A stretch of 64,000 nt of DNA. Source: Demequina sp. GTDB taxonomy: Bacteria; Actinomycetota; Actinomycetes; Actinomycetales; Demequinaceae. Positions 49,543 through 58,782 of the stretch are shown piece after piece. The translations under genes and the position numbers were made by a program. The stretch lies in NCBI RefSeq assembly GCF_016278765.1, contig NZ_JADQBE010000017.1:15313-79312 (forward strand), read 5' to 3'. Under the pieces are notes generated by a model. The model was not told the origin of the DNA. It saw nothing but the letters and a program-made list of their open reading frames with translations, and ran no database searches. Within the stretch, counting starts at the first letter, position 1. Each line of letters opens with the position of its first letter.

Positions 49543-50321
49543 TCGGTCTCCTTTTCGGCGTCTGTTACGCGACCATTGTCGCGTATCCATCGGACGGCCA
49601 GGGCCGCGCCAAACCCGCCAAAGAGCCACCACTCGGCCGCGTACGTGAGGGAGCGAATGTCGAGGCGACTACGATCCGCGGGCGCCGGCATCGGATTCCA
49701 GCCCGCCGCTGGCGTGTCTGCCACCACCAGGTACGAGTACACGGGGGCGGGCCACTCCTGCGCCAGTGCCGCGGTCGCCATGGAACCCACCCAGATGGCC
49801 GAGCCGACCGGCTCGAGGTCTGGGGGCGCAAGGTAGCCTTCCCCACCCCGCACATAGCCGGACACCCTCGCCTCGCCACCGGCGCGCGGCACGGCGGCCA
49901 CGTCGGCGACCTCGACGGCAGGCTGCCATCCCATCAGTACCGGCAGCGTCGCTGCCTGACCGGTTCCCGTCAGCGCAGCGGGAACGAACAGCGGCATGAC
50001 AAGCAGCACCGCGTCGGTGCCGTCGACTTCCTTGCCGGGCACCAGTGCGACCGCGGCGTCAGCCCACGTTCCCGTGACCTCCACCAACCGTCCCTCGCCG
50101 CGTCCTGGCTGCGCCGGGCGCATCACGTCGGCCAACGGCGCGGGCGGGTCCGGCTCGGTGGCGGACGCCTGCTGGTGCGCGCGATCCCATTGCCACGTGC
50201 CCAGCAGCCCGCCGATGATGAGGGCGGCCGCTCCGAGCAGACCTGCCGTGGCAACCGCGGCCCACCGCACGTCACGCGAGCGACGGCGCGTGCCCTGAGG
50301 GCCGCCTTCGGCGGTTGTCAC
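49539..50321 (-). CDS. SURF1-family (cytochrome oxidase assembly) membrane protein
   Basis: N-terminal TM with 'LGTWQWDRAHQ' (SURF1 GxWQxxR motif) and C-terminal TM 'YAAEWWLFGGFGAAL'. Confidence 0.75.
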   Translation of the reverse strand: MTTAEGGPQGTRRRSRDVRWAAVATAGLLGAAALIIGGLLGTWQWDRAHQQASATEPDPPAPLADVMRPAQPGRGEGRLVEVTGTWADAAVALVPGKEVDGTDAVLLVMPLFVPAALTGTGQAATLPVLMGWQPAVEVADVAAVPRAGGEARVSGYVRGGEGYLAPPDLEPVGSAIWVGSMATAALAQEWPAPVYSYLVVADTPAAGWNPMPAPADRSRLDIRSLTYAAEWWLFGGFGAALAVRWIRDNGRVTDAEKETE

Positions 50322-50491
50322 GGAAAGACTCCTTCGCGGGCGCTACGCGGCAGCGGTCTCGAAAGGGCGCGAGCGCACCACGTTGCGCCCCTCCACCTTG
50401 GCATCGTAGGGCGCATCGTCTGCCTATGGTGACGCGCGCCCCGAACGCGCCTGGTCTCAAGGTCCCGGCCAAGACGTGGAATGCTTAGGGG

Positions 50492-52573
50492 GTGACACGT
50501 AGCATCTACATCGCATCCGTCGAGGGAGATACGGGCAAGTCAACGATCGCCCTCGGCATCACCGCGCTCCTCGCGCGCACCGTCACGAAGGTGGGTATCT
50601 TCAGGCCCGTCGCGCGCGTCTCGACCGGATCCGACTACGTCCTGCGGCTCCTCCTGGGCTACGACGGCGTCGACCTGGACTACGACGAGTGCGTGGGCGT
50701 CACCTACGAGGAGATCCACGCGGACCCCGAAGCGGCCCTCTCGCGCATCGTGACGCGCTACCACGAGGTCGCGCGCAAGTGCGATGCCGTCGTGATCGTC
50801 GGCACCGACTACACGGACGTCGCGGGTCCGGCGGAGTTTGAGCTGAACGCCAAGGTCGCCGCGAACCTGGGCGCGCCCGTCGCGCTCGTGATCCGCGGCG
50901 CCGACCGCTCGCCATCCGACATTGCGGACGTGCTCGTGCAGGCACGCAGCACCATGGAGGACCATCACGCGAAGGTGGTCGCCGTCTTCGCGAACCGATG
51001 TGAGCCCAACGACGTCGAAGCCATCCGGAAAGCCCTTCCCGCAGACATTGGCGTTGCGGCGCTCCCCGAAGAGCCACTGCTGTACGCGCCGACGCTCGGG
51101 GCACTGCGCGACGCCATCGACGGCGAGATGATCGCGGGAGATGAGGCTCTCCTGTCGCGCGAGGTGCGCGCCATCTCGATCGGCGCCATGACGGTGGAGC
51201 ACCTGCTGGACCGTCTCGAAGAGGGCGCCCTCATCATCGCCCCCGGCGACAGGTCCGACACCCTGCTCGCCGCGCTGACGGCACACTCCGCCACGGGATT
51301 CCCCGCGCTGGCCGGCATCGTGGTCAACGGCGGCTTCCTGCCGCCCCCGTCGGTCCAGCGCCTCCTCGACGGCTTGGGTCCCACCCTGCCGATCATCGCG
51401 ACCAAGCTGGGCACGTTTGAGACGGCGCAGCGGTGTTGGAACACCCGCGGCCGCTTGTCTCGCGAGTCCGTCCTCAAGGTCGACATGGCGCTCAGCATGT
51501 TTGAGAACTACGTCGATGGTTCACAGCTCACGGATCGACTGAACCTGGCGGAAACCGACGTGGTGACGCCGCTGATGTTCGAGTACGCCTTACTCGACAG
51601 GGCACGCACCAAACGCCAGCGCATCGTCCTTCCCGAAGGCGAAGACGATCGCATTCTTCGCGCTGCGGGCACCCTGCTGACCCGCAACGTGGTGGATCTC
51701 ACCATCTTGGGCGATCCGGCCGCGATCACGACGAGGGCCGGAGAACTGGGCATCGACCTGTCCGCGGCGCAACTGCTGTCACCGTCGGACCCCGAGCACG
51801 TCGACCGCTTCGCCGCCGAGTACTACGAGATGCGCAAGCACAAGGGCATGACCCCTGAGGCGGCGCGCGACCGGGTCCAGGACGTCAGTTACTTCGGCAC
51901 CATGATGGTGGAGCTCGGGCTCGCGGACGGCATGGTGTCAGGGGCGGCGCACACCACGGCCCACACCATCGTGCCGTCGTTCCAGATCATCAAGACGAAG
52001 CCGGGTGTCTCGGTCGTGTCGTCGGTATTCCTCATGTGTCTCGCCGACCGCGTCCTCGTCTACGGCGACTGCGCGGTGAACCCCGACCCCACGGCCGAAC
52101 AGCTCGCCGACATCGCCATCTCGTCCGCCGAGACGGCGCAGCAGTTCAACATTGAGCCCCGCATCGCCATGCTGTCGTATTCGACCGGCGAGTCCGGAAC
52201 GGGATCCGATGTCGACAAGGTCCGCGAGGCCACCCGGTTGGTGCGCGAGCGGCGCCCGGATCTGCTGATCGACGGGCCGATTCAATATGACGCCGCAGTG
52301 GAACCGTCGGTCGCCAGGTCGAAGGCACCCAACTCCCCGGTGGCCGGACGCGCAACCGTGCTGATCTTCCCCGACCTCAACACGGGAAACAACACCTACA
52401 AGGCCGTGCAACGTAGCGCAGGCGCGGTTGCCGTTGGCCCGGTCCTGCAGGGTCTCAGGAAGCCCGTCAACGACCTCAGCCGCGGTGCACTGATCCAGGA
52501 CATCGTCAATACCGTGGCCATCACGGCCATTCAGGCACAGCAGATGAGCGCGGACAACGCGGCGGAGGGATAA
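50492..52573 (+). CDS. pta: Phosphate acetyltransferase (long form with N-terminal P-loop/DRTGG region)
   Basis: 693 aa. The C-terminal PTA_PTB core includes 'IVLPEGEDDRILRAA' and 'ANLLIFPDLNTGN'-type 'TVLIFPDLNTGNNTYK'. Confidence 0.95.
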   Translation: MTRSIYIASVEGDTGKSTIALGITALLARTVTKVGIFRPVARVSTGSDYVLRLLLGYDGVDLDYDECVGVTYEEIHADPEAALSRIVTRYHEVARKCDAVVIVGTDYTDVAGPAEFELNAKVAANLGAPVALVIRGADRSPSDIADVLVQARSTMEDHHAKVVAVFANRCEPNDVEAIRKALPADIGVAALPEEPLLYAPTLGALRDAIDGEMIAGDEALLSREVRAISIGAMTVEHLLDRLEEGALIIAPGDRSDTLLAALTAHSATGFPALAGIVVNGGFLPPPSVQRLLDGLGPTLPIIATKLGTFETAQRCWNTRGRLSRESVLKVDMALSMFENYVDGSQLTDRLNLAETDVVTPLMFEYALLDRARTKRQRIVLPEGEDDRILRAAGTLLTRNVVDLTILGDPAAITTRAGELGIDLSAAQLLSPSDPEHVDRFAAEYYEMRKHKGMTPEAARDRVQDVSYFGTMMVELGLADGMVSGAAHTTAHTIVPSFQIIKTKPGVSVVSSVFLMCLADRVLVYGDCAVNPDPTAEQLADIAISSAETAQQFNIEPRIAMLSYSTGESGTGSDVDKVREATRLVRERRPDLLIDGPIQYDAAVEPSVARSKAPNSPVAGRATVLIFPDLNTGNNTYKAVQRSAGAVAVGPVLQGLRKPVNDLSRGALIQDIVNTVAITAIQAQQMSADNAAEG

Positions 52574-52578
52574 CCCCA

Positions 52579-53715
52579 GTGGCAGTGAACTACATCGGAT
52601 TGGCACTCGTCCTCAACTGTGGCTCGAGTTCCGTCAAGTATCAGGTGGTCGACACCACCCTTGACGCGCCCCTCGCGTCCGGGCTGATCGAGCGCGTAAC
52701 GGACCACGGCCTCGCGATCCGCGAGGTGATTGAACGCCTCGGCGCTCCAGAGTCCGGCATCGACCTCAGTCAGATCAGCGCCGTGGGTCACCGCGTTCTG
52801 CACGGCGGCGAGGAGTTCTCCGCCCCCACCATCATCGACGACGAGGTGGAGCGCAAGATCGCACTGCTGGCGCCGCTCGGTCCGCTCCACATCCCGGCAA
52901 ACCTGGCGGGCATCACCGCCGCCCGTCAGGCGTTCCCCCACACGCCTCACGTGGCCAACTTCGACACCGCGTTCTTCCAGACCATGTCCGAAGCCGCGTA
53001 TACGTACGCGATCGACAGGAACGTCGCGGCCGAGAACGCGATTCGGAAGTACGGATTCCACGGCACCAGCTACGCATACCTGGCTCACGAGGCACCGCGG
53101 GTCATGGGAAAGCGCCCCGACGAGGTCAACATCATCGCCCTGCACCTGGGCAACGGAGCCTCCGCGTGCGCCATGCGCGCCGGGCGAGCGATCGACACGT
53201 CGATGGGCCTCACCCCACTCGCGGGCCTCGTGATGGGCACCAGGACCGGCGACATTGACCCCGCCATCGCATTCCACCTGGGCCGCAGCGCCGGAATGAC
53301 GCTCGACGAGATCGACCACCTCTTCAACCGCCAGTCGGGGATGCTGGGCCTCACCGGCTACTCGGACATGCGGGATGTCGAAAAGGCCGCAGCCGACGGC
53401 GACCACGACGCCCAACTGGGCCTCGAGATCTACTGCCGCCGCATCCGCGGCTACGTGGGTCAGTACTACGCGCAATTGGGTCACCTCGACGCGATCGTGT
53501 TCACCGCGGGCGTGGGCGAAAACTCCGACGTGGTGCGTCTGCAGTCACTCGTGGGCTTGAGTGAATTGGGCATCATCATCGACCCCGAACGCAATGCTGG
53601 CCGAAAGAAGCAGGCCGCGTTGGTCAGCGCGGACGAGTCCGCTGTCGAGGTCTGGGTAGTCCCAACGAACGAGGAACGCGAGATCGCACTCCAGTCGATC
53701 GCGGCCGTCTCGTAG
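52579..53715 (+). CDS. ackA: Acetate kinase
   Basis: GTG start. 'VLNCGSSSVKYQV', 'GFHGTSY', 'IVFTAGVGENS'. Confidence 0.95.
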   Translation: MAVNYIGLALVLNCGSSSVKYQVVDTTLDAPLASGLIERVTDHGLAIREVIERLGAPESGIDLSQISAVGHRVLHGGEEFSAPTIIDDEVERKIALLAPLGPLHIPANLAGITAARQAFPHTPHVANFDTAFFQTMSEAAYTYAIDRNVAAENAIRKYGFHGTSYAYLAHEAPRVMGKRPDEVNIIALHLGNGASACAMRAGRAIDTSMGLTPLAGLVMGTRTGDIDPAIAFHLGRSAGMTLDEIDHLFNRQSGMLGLTGYSDMRDVEKAAADGDHDAQLGLEIYCRRIRGYVGQYYAQLGHLDAIVFTAGVGENSDVVRLQSLVGLSELGIIIDPERNAGRKKQAALVSADESAVEVWVVPTNEEREIALQSIAAVS

Positions 53716-53909
53716 GACACCCCAAGCGGGAGGCGACCTCCGCTGACCGCCCGCGACGCCGAGGGTTTCGACGGCGCGGTGCATCACGTGGGGCCCGTCT
53801 TGGCAAAGTTGCTCATCACACGCCGTTGTTGGCCGATAAGCACACTGACACGCAAGCGAGCCGCGTGGGCACCTGTGACCGCGCGGCTGGAGTGAGGCGA
53901 GAGGACAAC

Positions 53910-54659
53910 ATGGCGACAACGTCGAGTTGGGTGGCGCACGCATCTCGCGAGCCCAACGCCGGGATGATTCGTGCTCTTCACGAGTGGATCGATGACTCGG
54001 TGAGACTCGCTGCCGCCACACCCGGATCCTGCCCGTTCTTGGCTGATGCGGTCTTCGCCGGAATCGTTGCCCATACCGACAGGGCGCTCCACAAGCGCCG
54101 TCAGCGCCCAACGTTCCTGTCCTCTCACCCATGCGGATTGCAGTCCCTCGCGGCTCACGGCCTACGCCCCATGTGCGACGTGATCGACCACGACGAATTC
54201 GGCCCCGAAGAGTTGCTGGTCGAGCACACTGGGGGCACGTCCACGTTGGCCGAAGCCATCGCGAGCGCGGCCGGGGCCGACATGTCGGCCTTCGTTCCCG
54301 TCTTCACCGAGTCCGAGTTCATGGACGCCGATCTGTTCCACCTGCACAACGCGCAGCTTCTCAATCCGCGCCACGGAGGCGTCGTGATCCCGTTCATGAT
54401 CGTTCCCGTCGGAGACTCGGAGCAGGAAACGCAGGACCGTGAGGACATCGTCCGTGCAATGGGTTTCACCAGCTATACCTTCGAATGCGATTGGGATGAC
54501 TTCACGCTGGAGGATCACACGCGCCTGGCGCTTTTGATGGAAGATGTCCTTGACGAGATCGTTCAGATCAAGTCGGACGCGGAGGCGAGGCTACTCAGCC
54601 GTCCGCCGCTGTGGCCGCTCGTCGAGATGCGTGCAAGCCCCGGTGAGGGGTTCAGGTGA
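53910..54659 (+). CDS. Acidic hypothetical protein, paralog 1; distant phosphoketolase N-domain (XFP_N)-like, with catalytic motifs lost
   Basis: ATG at 53910 after GAGGCGAGAGGA. 249 aa. Colinear with the next ORF. 'AFVPVFTESEFMDADLF..LLNPRHGGVVIPFMIV..REDIVRAMGFTSYTF..DHTRLALLMEDVLDEIVQIKSDAEA..PPLWPLV' parallels the Xfp segments '[78 protein letters not shown]'. Confidence 0.6.
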   Translation: MATTSSWVAHASREPNAGMIRALHEWIDDSVRLAAATPGSCPFLADAVFAGIVAHTDRALHKRRQRPTFLSSHPCGLQSLAAHGLRPMCDVIDHDEFGPEELLVEHTGGTSTLAEAIASAAGADMSAFVPVFTESEFMDADLFHLHNAQLLNPRHGGVVIPFMIVPVGDSEQETQDREDIVRAMGFTSYTFECDWDDFTLEDHTRLALLMEDVLDEIVQIKSDAEARLLSRPPLWPLVEMRASPGEGFR

Positions 54660-54711
54660 GGTCCACCGCGCACTGTCTGCTGAGCCGCACGCACGAGGTA
54701 GGTGACTTGAC

Positions 54712-55515
54712 ATGAAAACTCCCATCTCCAGTTGGGTCACGCACGCGGGCCGCGAGCCTGCGGAGGTAGTGGTGAACGCGATGGACGAGTGGTGGCGCAA
54801 CACTCGCACACCACGCGCGGCTGAGGTGCCGTGCCATTGGCGCCGCGACGCGTTGCACTCACTGGTGCTTGTCCACGTCGACCGCGCCGCACACAAACGC
54901 CGCCACCAGCCCACCTTCGTCTCCGCGGCCCCGTGCGACTCTCCCGGCGAGGATCACGGCCTGACGCCCATGAGCGCGATTGTCCGGGATGACACGTATG
55001 GGCCCCAACCTGTGCGCATCGTCCACGCGAACCCCGAATCGGCGGTCGGCCGCGCGATCACCATGGTCAGGGGTGAAGAGGGCACGTTGGCCGTGGCCCT
55101 CGCGACCGAGACGGAATTCGACGACGCCGACTTCTTTGACGCGCATCGCGCCTCGCTCGTCAACCCCCTGCGGGACGGAGTGGCGCTAGCGATCATTCAC
55201 GCGGAACTGCAGGGTCCGGAGGCGGCACACCAGGTGATGGAGCGGGAGGACCTGCTGCGTGCGGCGGGCTACGCGGCCTACACGATCGACCTCGACGGCG
55301 ACGACGACGACCACACGGTGCACCGCCATCTCGCCGGGCTGCTCGAGGACGTCTTTGACGAAGTCGCGGGCATCAAAGCCGACGCCGCCGCCCGTGTCCT
55401 GTCGAGCACTCCGCTGTGGCCGGCATTGGTGATTCGCACCTTCCCCCTGTGGCGGCAGAGGCACAGCGCACTCACCGCACATGCTGCCGAACTTCCCCTG
55501 AAGAGAAGCCGCTAG
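54712..55515 (+). CDS. Acidic hypothetical protein, paralog 2; distant phosphoketolase N-domain (XFP_N)-like, with catalytic motifs lost
   Basis: 267 aa. 'LAVALATETEFDDADFF..SLVNPLRDGVALAIIHAELQG..REDLLRAAGYAAYTI..DDDHTVHRHLAGLLEDVFDEVAGIKADAAA..TPLWPALVIRTFPLW'. Shares 'SSWV[AT]HA[SG]REP' and 'H[TV]DRA[LA]HKRR..PTF' with paralog 1. Confidence 0.6.
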   Translation: MKTPISSWVTHAGREPAEVVVNAMDEWWRNTRTPRAAEVPCHWRRDALHSLVLVHVDRAAHKRRHQPTFVSAAPCDSPGEDHGLTPMSAIVRDDTYGPQPVRIVHANPESAVGRAITMVRGEEGTLAVALATETEFDDADFFDAHRASLVNPLRDGVALAIIHAELQGPEAAHQVMEREDLLRAAGYAAYTIDLDGDDDDHTVHRHLAGLLEDVFDEVAGIKADAAARVLSSTPLWPALVIRTFPLWRQRHSALTAHAAELPLKRSR

Positions 55516-55720
55516 CGTCGAGCCACGCGCGTAGCGAGCGGACGCTCGCGCTGGCCGCGCTCGACACCGCCAAGCGCCATCGCCCTGAGCTGCGCCCCAA
55601 GCAGATGCCGAGGGTGTGCAGGTCCGATGCGGCAAGGGTATCCGCGGCGACGTTGACGGACGTGCCCCTGTGGCCCCACCGCAGTCGAATCGGGGGCGCC
55701 AGAACGTCTACCCTTGGCGG

Positions 55721-57640
55721 GTGGCACATCTGATCGGCGCAGAGGGTCTCGGCGTCGATTTCGGCACCGGCCCCGTTCTCGACGGTGTCACGCTCGGCCT
55801 GGAAGACGGCGATCGCATCGGCGTCGTCGGCGCCAACGGCGCCGGCAAGTCCACCCTCATCTCCGTCTTGGCTGGCCTCAGGCCCGCGCACGCCGGTCGC
55901 GTGACGCGCGCCACGGGCGTGCGCGTCGGCGTGGTCGACCAAGGGGACGCCTTTACGCCGGGTGCCACCGTGCTCGACGCGATCGTTGGCGACGCGGCGA
56001 GGCACGAGTGGGCCGGCGACCCACGGGTTCGGGACATCATGGCTGGCCTGGTCCCGGATCTGGACGCCGATGCCCTCGTGGGTTCGCTGTCGGGCGGACA
56101 ACGTCGCCGCGTCGCGTTGGCGCGCACGCTCGTGGACGACGACGACGTGCTGGTGCTCGACGAGCCCACGAATCACCTGGATATCGACGGCGTCGCGTGG
56201 CTGGCATCGCACCTGCGGCGCCGGTGGGCCACCAACCGGGGCGCGCTCCTGGTGGTGACCCACGACCGCTGGTTCCTCGACGAGGTCACCTCGCGCACCT
56301 GGGAAGTGGTCGACGCCGGGGTCGAGCAATACGAGGGCGGCTACGCCGAGTACATTCTCCAACGCCTGGAACGCAACCGCATCTCCGCCGTGACGGAGCA
56401 GCGTCGGCAGAACCTGCTGCGCAAGGAACTCGCCTGGCTGCACCGCGGCGCGAAGGCACGCAGCACCAAGCCCAAGTTCCGCATCGACGCGGCGAATGCG
56501 CTCATCGCGGACGTGCCCGAAGTGCGCGACCCCATCAAGCTTCAGCGCATGACCGCCGCCCGACTCGGCAAGGAGGTCGTGAGCCTCATCAACACTCACG
56601 TCACCTACCCTGGCCCGCCGCCCATGGAGGTGCTGAAGGACGTGACCTGGCTCATCGGGCCGGGCGAGCGCACCGGGATTCTGGGCCCCAACGGCGCCGG
56701 AAAGTCGACGCTGTTGAAACTGATCACGGGTGAGGTCCAGGCGACGCAGGGCTACGTCAAGCGCGGCTTGACCGTCAAGGTCGCCGCGCTGTCGCAGCAC
56801 CTCGTGGAGCTCGACGAATGGGCGGGTCACAGGGTCGCCACCGTGCTCAGGCAGTATTCGTCCATCAAGCTCGCCGACGGCACCGAGCTCACGCCCGGCC
56901 AATTGCTGGAGCGGGTGGGCTTCAATCCCTCCCAACTCAAGACCCAGGTGAGCGCGTTGTCCGGGGGTCAGCGTCGTCGGCTGCAGCTACTGGTGGTGCT
57001 GCTCAGCGAGCCGAACGTGCTTGTGCTCGACGAGCCCACCAACGACCTCGACACGGACATGCTCGCGGCGCTCGAGGACCTGCTCGACTCGTGGCCGGGA
57101 ACGCTCATTGTGGTAAGCCACGACCGGTACCTGATGGAGCGCGTCACGGACCAGCAGTACGCGGTGATGGACGGCGGCCTGCGGCACCTGCCCGGCGGCA
57201 TCGACGAGTACATTTCGCTCGCGCAAGGCATGTCCCGCGTCGGCGGCGGCGTGGGCACGTTCGGGCCCGATGCTGCCGACGGCGGCGGCGCGTCGCCCTC
57301 CCCCGCCGACGCTGCGAACCTTTCGGATACTGGACGCGCGGGCGCAAGCGCCAGTGAGGCCGGTAGAGAGGGCGCGTCGACTGCGACGCCGGTTCGTAGC
57401 GTCAACGGTGCGGCGCTATCGGGCGCGGGCCTGAGAGCGGCGCAGAAGGAACTGGCGGCAGTCGAGCGGCGGCTCAAGAAGGTTCTTCAGCAGAAGGCAG
57501 AGCTCGACACCAGGATGTCGGCTCACGACCCGACGGACTACCCGGGACTCGCCGCCCTCGCGGCGCGACTTCCTGTGCTCGACGCCAAGGCGACCGAGCT
57601 CGAGGAGCGGTGGCTCGAACTGAGCGAGGCCCTCGGCTAG
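55721..57640 (+). CDS. ABC-F family ATPase (Uup-like, no membrane domain)
   Basis: GTG at 55721 gives 'VAHLIGAEGLGVDFG'. Two Walker A motifs ('GANGAGKST', 'GPNGAGKST'), two 'LSGGQRRR' signatures, and a C-terminal coiled coil. Confidence 0.9.
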   Translation: MAHLIGAEGLGVDFGTGPVLDGVTLGLEDGDRIGVVGANGAGKSTLISVLAGLRPAHAGRVTRATGVRVGVVDQGDAFTPGATVLDAIVGDAARHEWAGDPRVRDIMAGLVPDLDADALVGSLSGGQRRRVALARTLVDDDDVLVLDEPTNHLDIDGVAWLASHLRRRWATNRGALLVVTHDRWFLDEVTSRTWEVVDAGVEQYEGGYAEYILQRLERNRISAVTEQRRQNLLRKELAWLHRGAKARSTKPKFRIDAANALIADVPEVRDPIKLQRMTAARLGKEVVSLINTHVTYPGPPPMEVLKDVTWLIGPGERTGILGPNGAGKSTLLKLITGEVQATQGYVKRGLTVKVAALSQHLVELDEWAGHRVATVLRQYSSIKLADGTELTPGQLLERVGFNPSQLKTQVSALSGGQRRRLQLLVVLLSEPNVLVLDEPTNDLDTDMLAALEDLLDSWPGTLIVVSHDRYLMERVTDQQYAVMDGGLRHLPGGIDEYISLAQGMSRVGGGVGTFGPDAADGGGASPSPADAANLSDTGRAGASASEAGREGASTATPVRSVNGAALSGAGLRAAQKELAAVERRLKKVLQQKAELDTRMSAHDPTDYPGLAALAARLPVLDAKATELEERWLELSEALG

Positions 57641-57803
57641 CTGCCGCCTGAACGCGACCCCCACCTGCGCCCAGACCACTGCGAACTCACCTCCGTCCCG
57701 ATCGCGGTGAGTGTTGAGATGGCCCTCGTGACGGGCCACACCACCTCACGGATTCGTTCGCCACGTGGCATGCGGGCAAGTACCCCACAAGGAGGAGGTC
57801 GGT

Positions 57804-58718
57804 GTGCCGCCGCACCCTTGGAGCTACCACCCTGCCGACATCGCAAGCAGCGAAGACGTCGCGGCCATCGACCGGTGGTGGCGCGCCACCACCTACCTGA
57901 GCGTCGGCCAGATCTACCTGCTCGACAACCCCGTGCTACGCGAGCCGCTTCGCCGCGATCACGTGAAGCCGCGCCTGGTGGGCCACTGGGGAACCACCGC
58001 CGGCCTGCGTTCGCGCGACTACGTGAACGTGGTGGTCGCCGGCAAGCAGCCGCAGGCCTCATGGCTCACCATGAACGAGGCGATCGACCACTGCACGCGC
58101 GGCATCGGCATCTGGGGCTTCGCGTCCACCGTGCCGCTGGGCGAGAAACCCGACGCCGTGATGGGCGCCGCGGGCGATGTGCCCACACTCGAAGTCCTGG
58201 CGGCTATCGACATCATCCGCAAGGAACTTCCGCGCCTCAAGGTGCGCATGATCAACGTGGTTGACCTCATGCGGTTGCAACCCGAGAAGGAGCACCCCCG
58301 CGGCCTATCCGACCGGGACTTCGATCAGCTGTTCACCACGGACAAGCCCATCATCTTCAATGACCACGGCTACCCGTGGCTCATCCACCGGCTCACCCAC
58401 CGCAGGACCGGCCACGCCAACCTGCACGCGCGCGGCTACAAGGAAGAGGGCACCACCACCCCGTTCGACATCGCGATGATGAATGATATTGACAGGTATC
58501 ACCTGGTAATCGACGTCATCGACCGGGTTCCCGGGCTGGGAACTCGCGCGGCGTCACTGCGTCAGAAGCTGTTCGACATGCGCCTGGGGGCCCGCCGTGA
58601 TGCCCGCGAATTCGGCGAAGATCAGCCGCAAGTGGCGGATTGGGTCTGGCCAGACGCCCGCGGTTTGGTTGACAATGCTGTGGACGCTGTCGCCGCCACC
58701 GGCGGTGACAACAAGTAG
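57804..58718 (+). pseudogene. xfp: Phosphoketolase with a large in-frame internal deletion (N-terminal ~70 aa joined to C-terminal ~240 aa)
   Basis: GTG at 57804 after GGAGGAGG. '[44 protein letters not shown]' joins (around 58008-58019) directly to '[21 protein letters not shown]...[40 protein letters not shown]'. Full-length Xfp is ~800 aa, and the TPP-binding PP and Pyr domains are absent. The ORF itself is intact. Confidence 0.65.
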
Positions 58719-58782
58719 GTGGCGCGATGCTGGCGTTCGATGCCGGGCCCACGGTGGTGAGGTTCGTGTCACGTGGGTACGT

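Noticed and set aside
53910-55515. P1/P2 considered as a toxin-antitoxin or defence gene pair
   Set aside because: The two proteins are paralogs of each other and of similar size. They have no nuclease, NTPase or HTH motifs, and the flanking genes are housekeeping. Homology to the phosphoketolase PP domain explains them better.
55472-56935. 487-aa ORF on the minus strand
   Set aside because: It is antisense to the ABC-F gene, whose two Walker A and signature motifs fix the coding strand.
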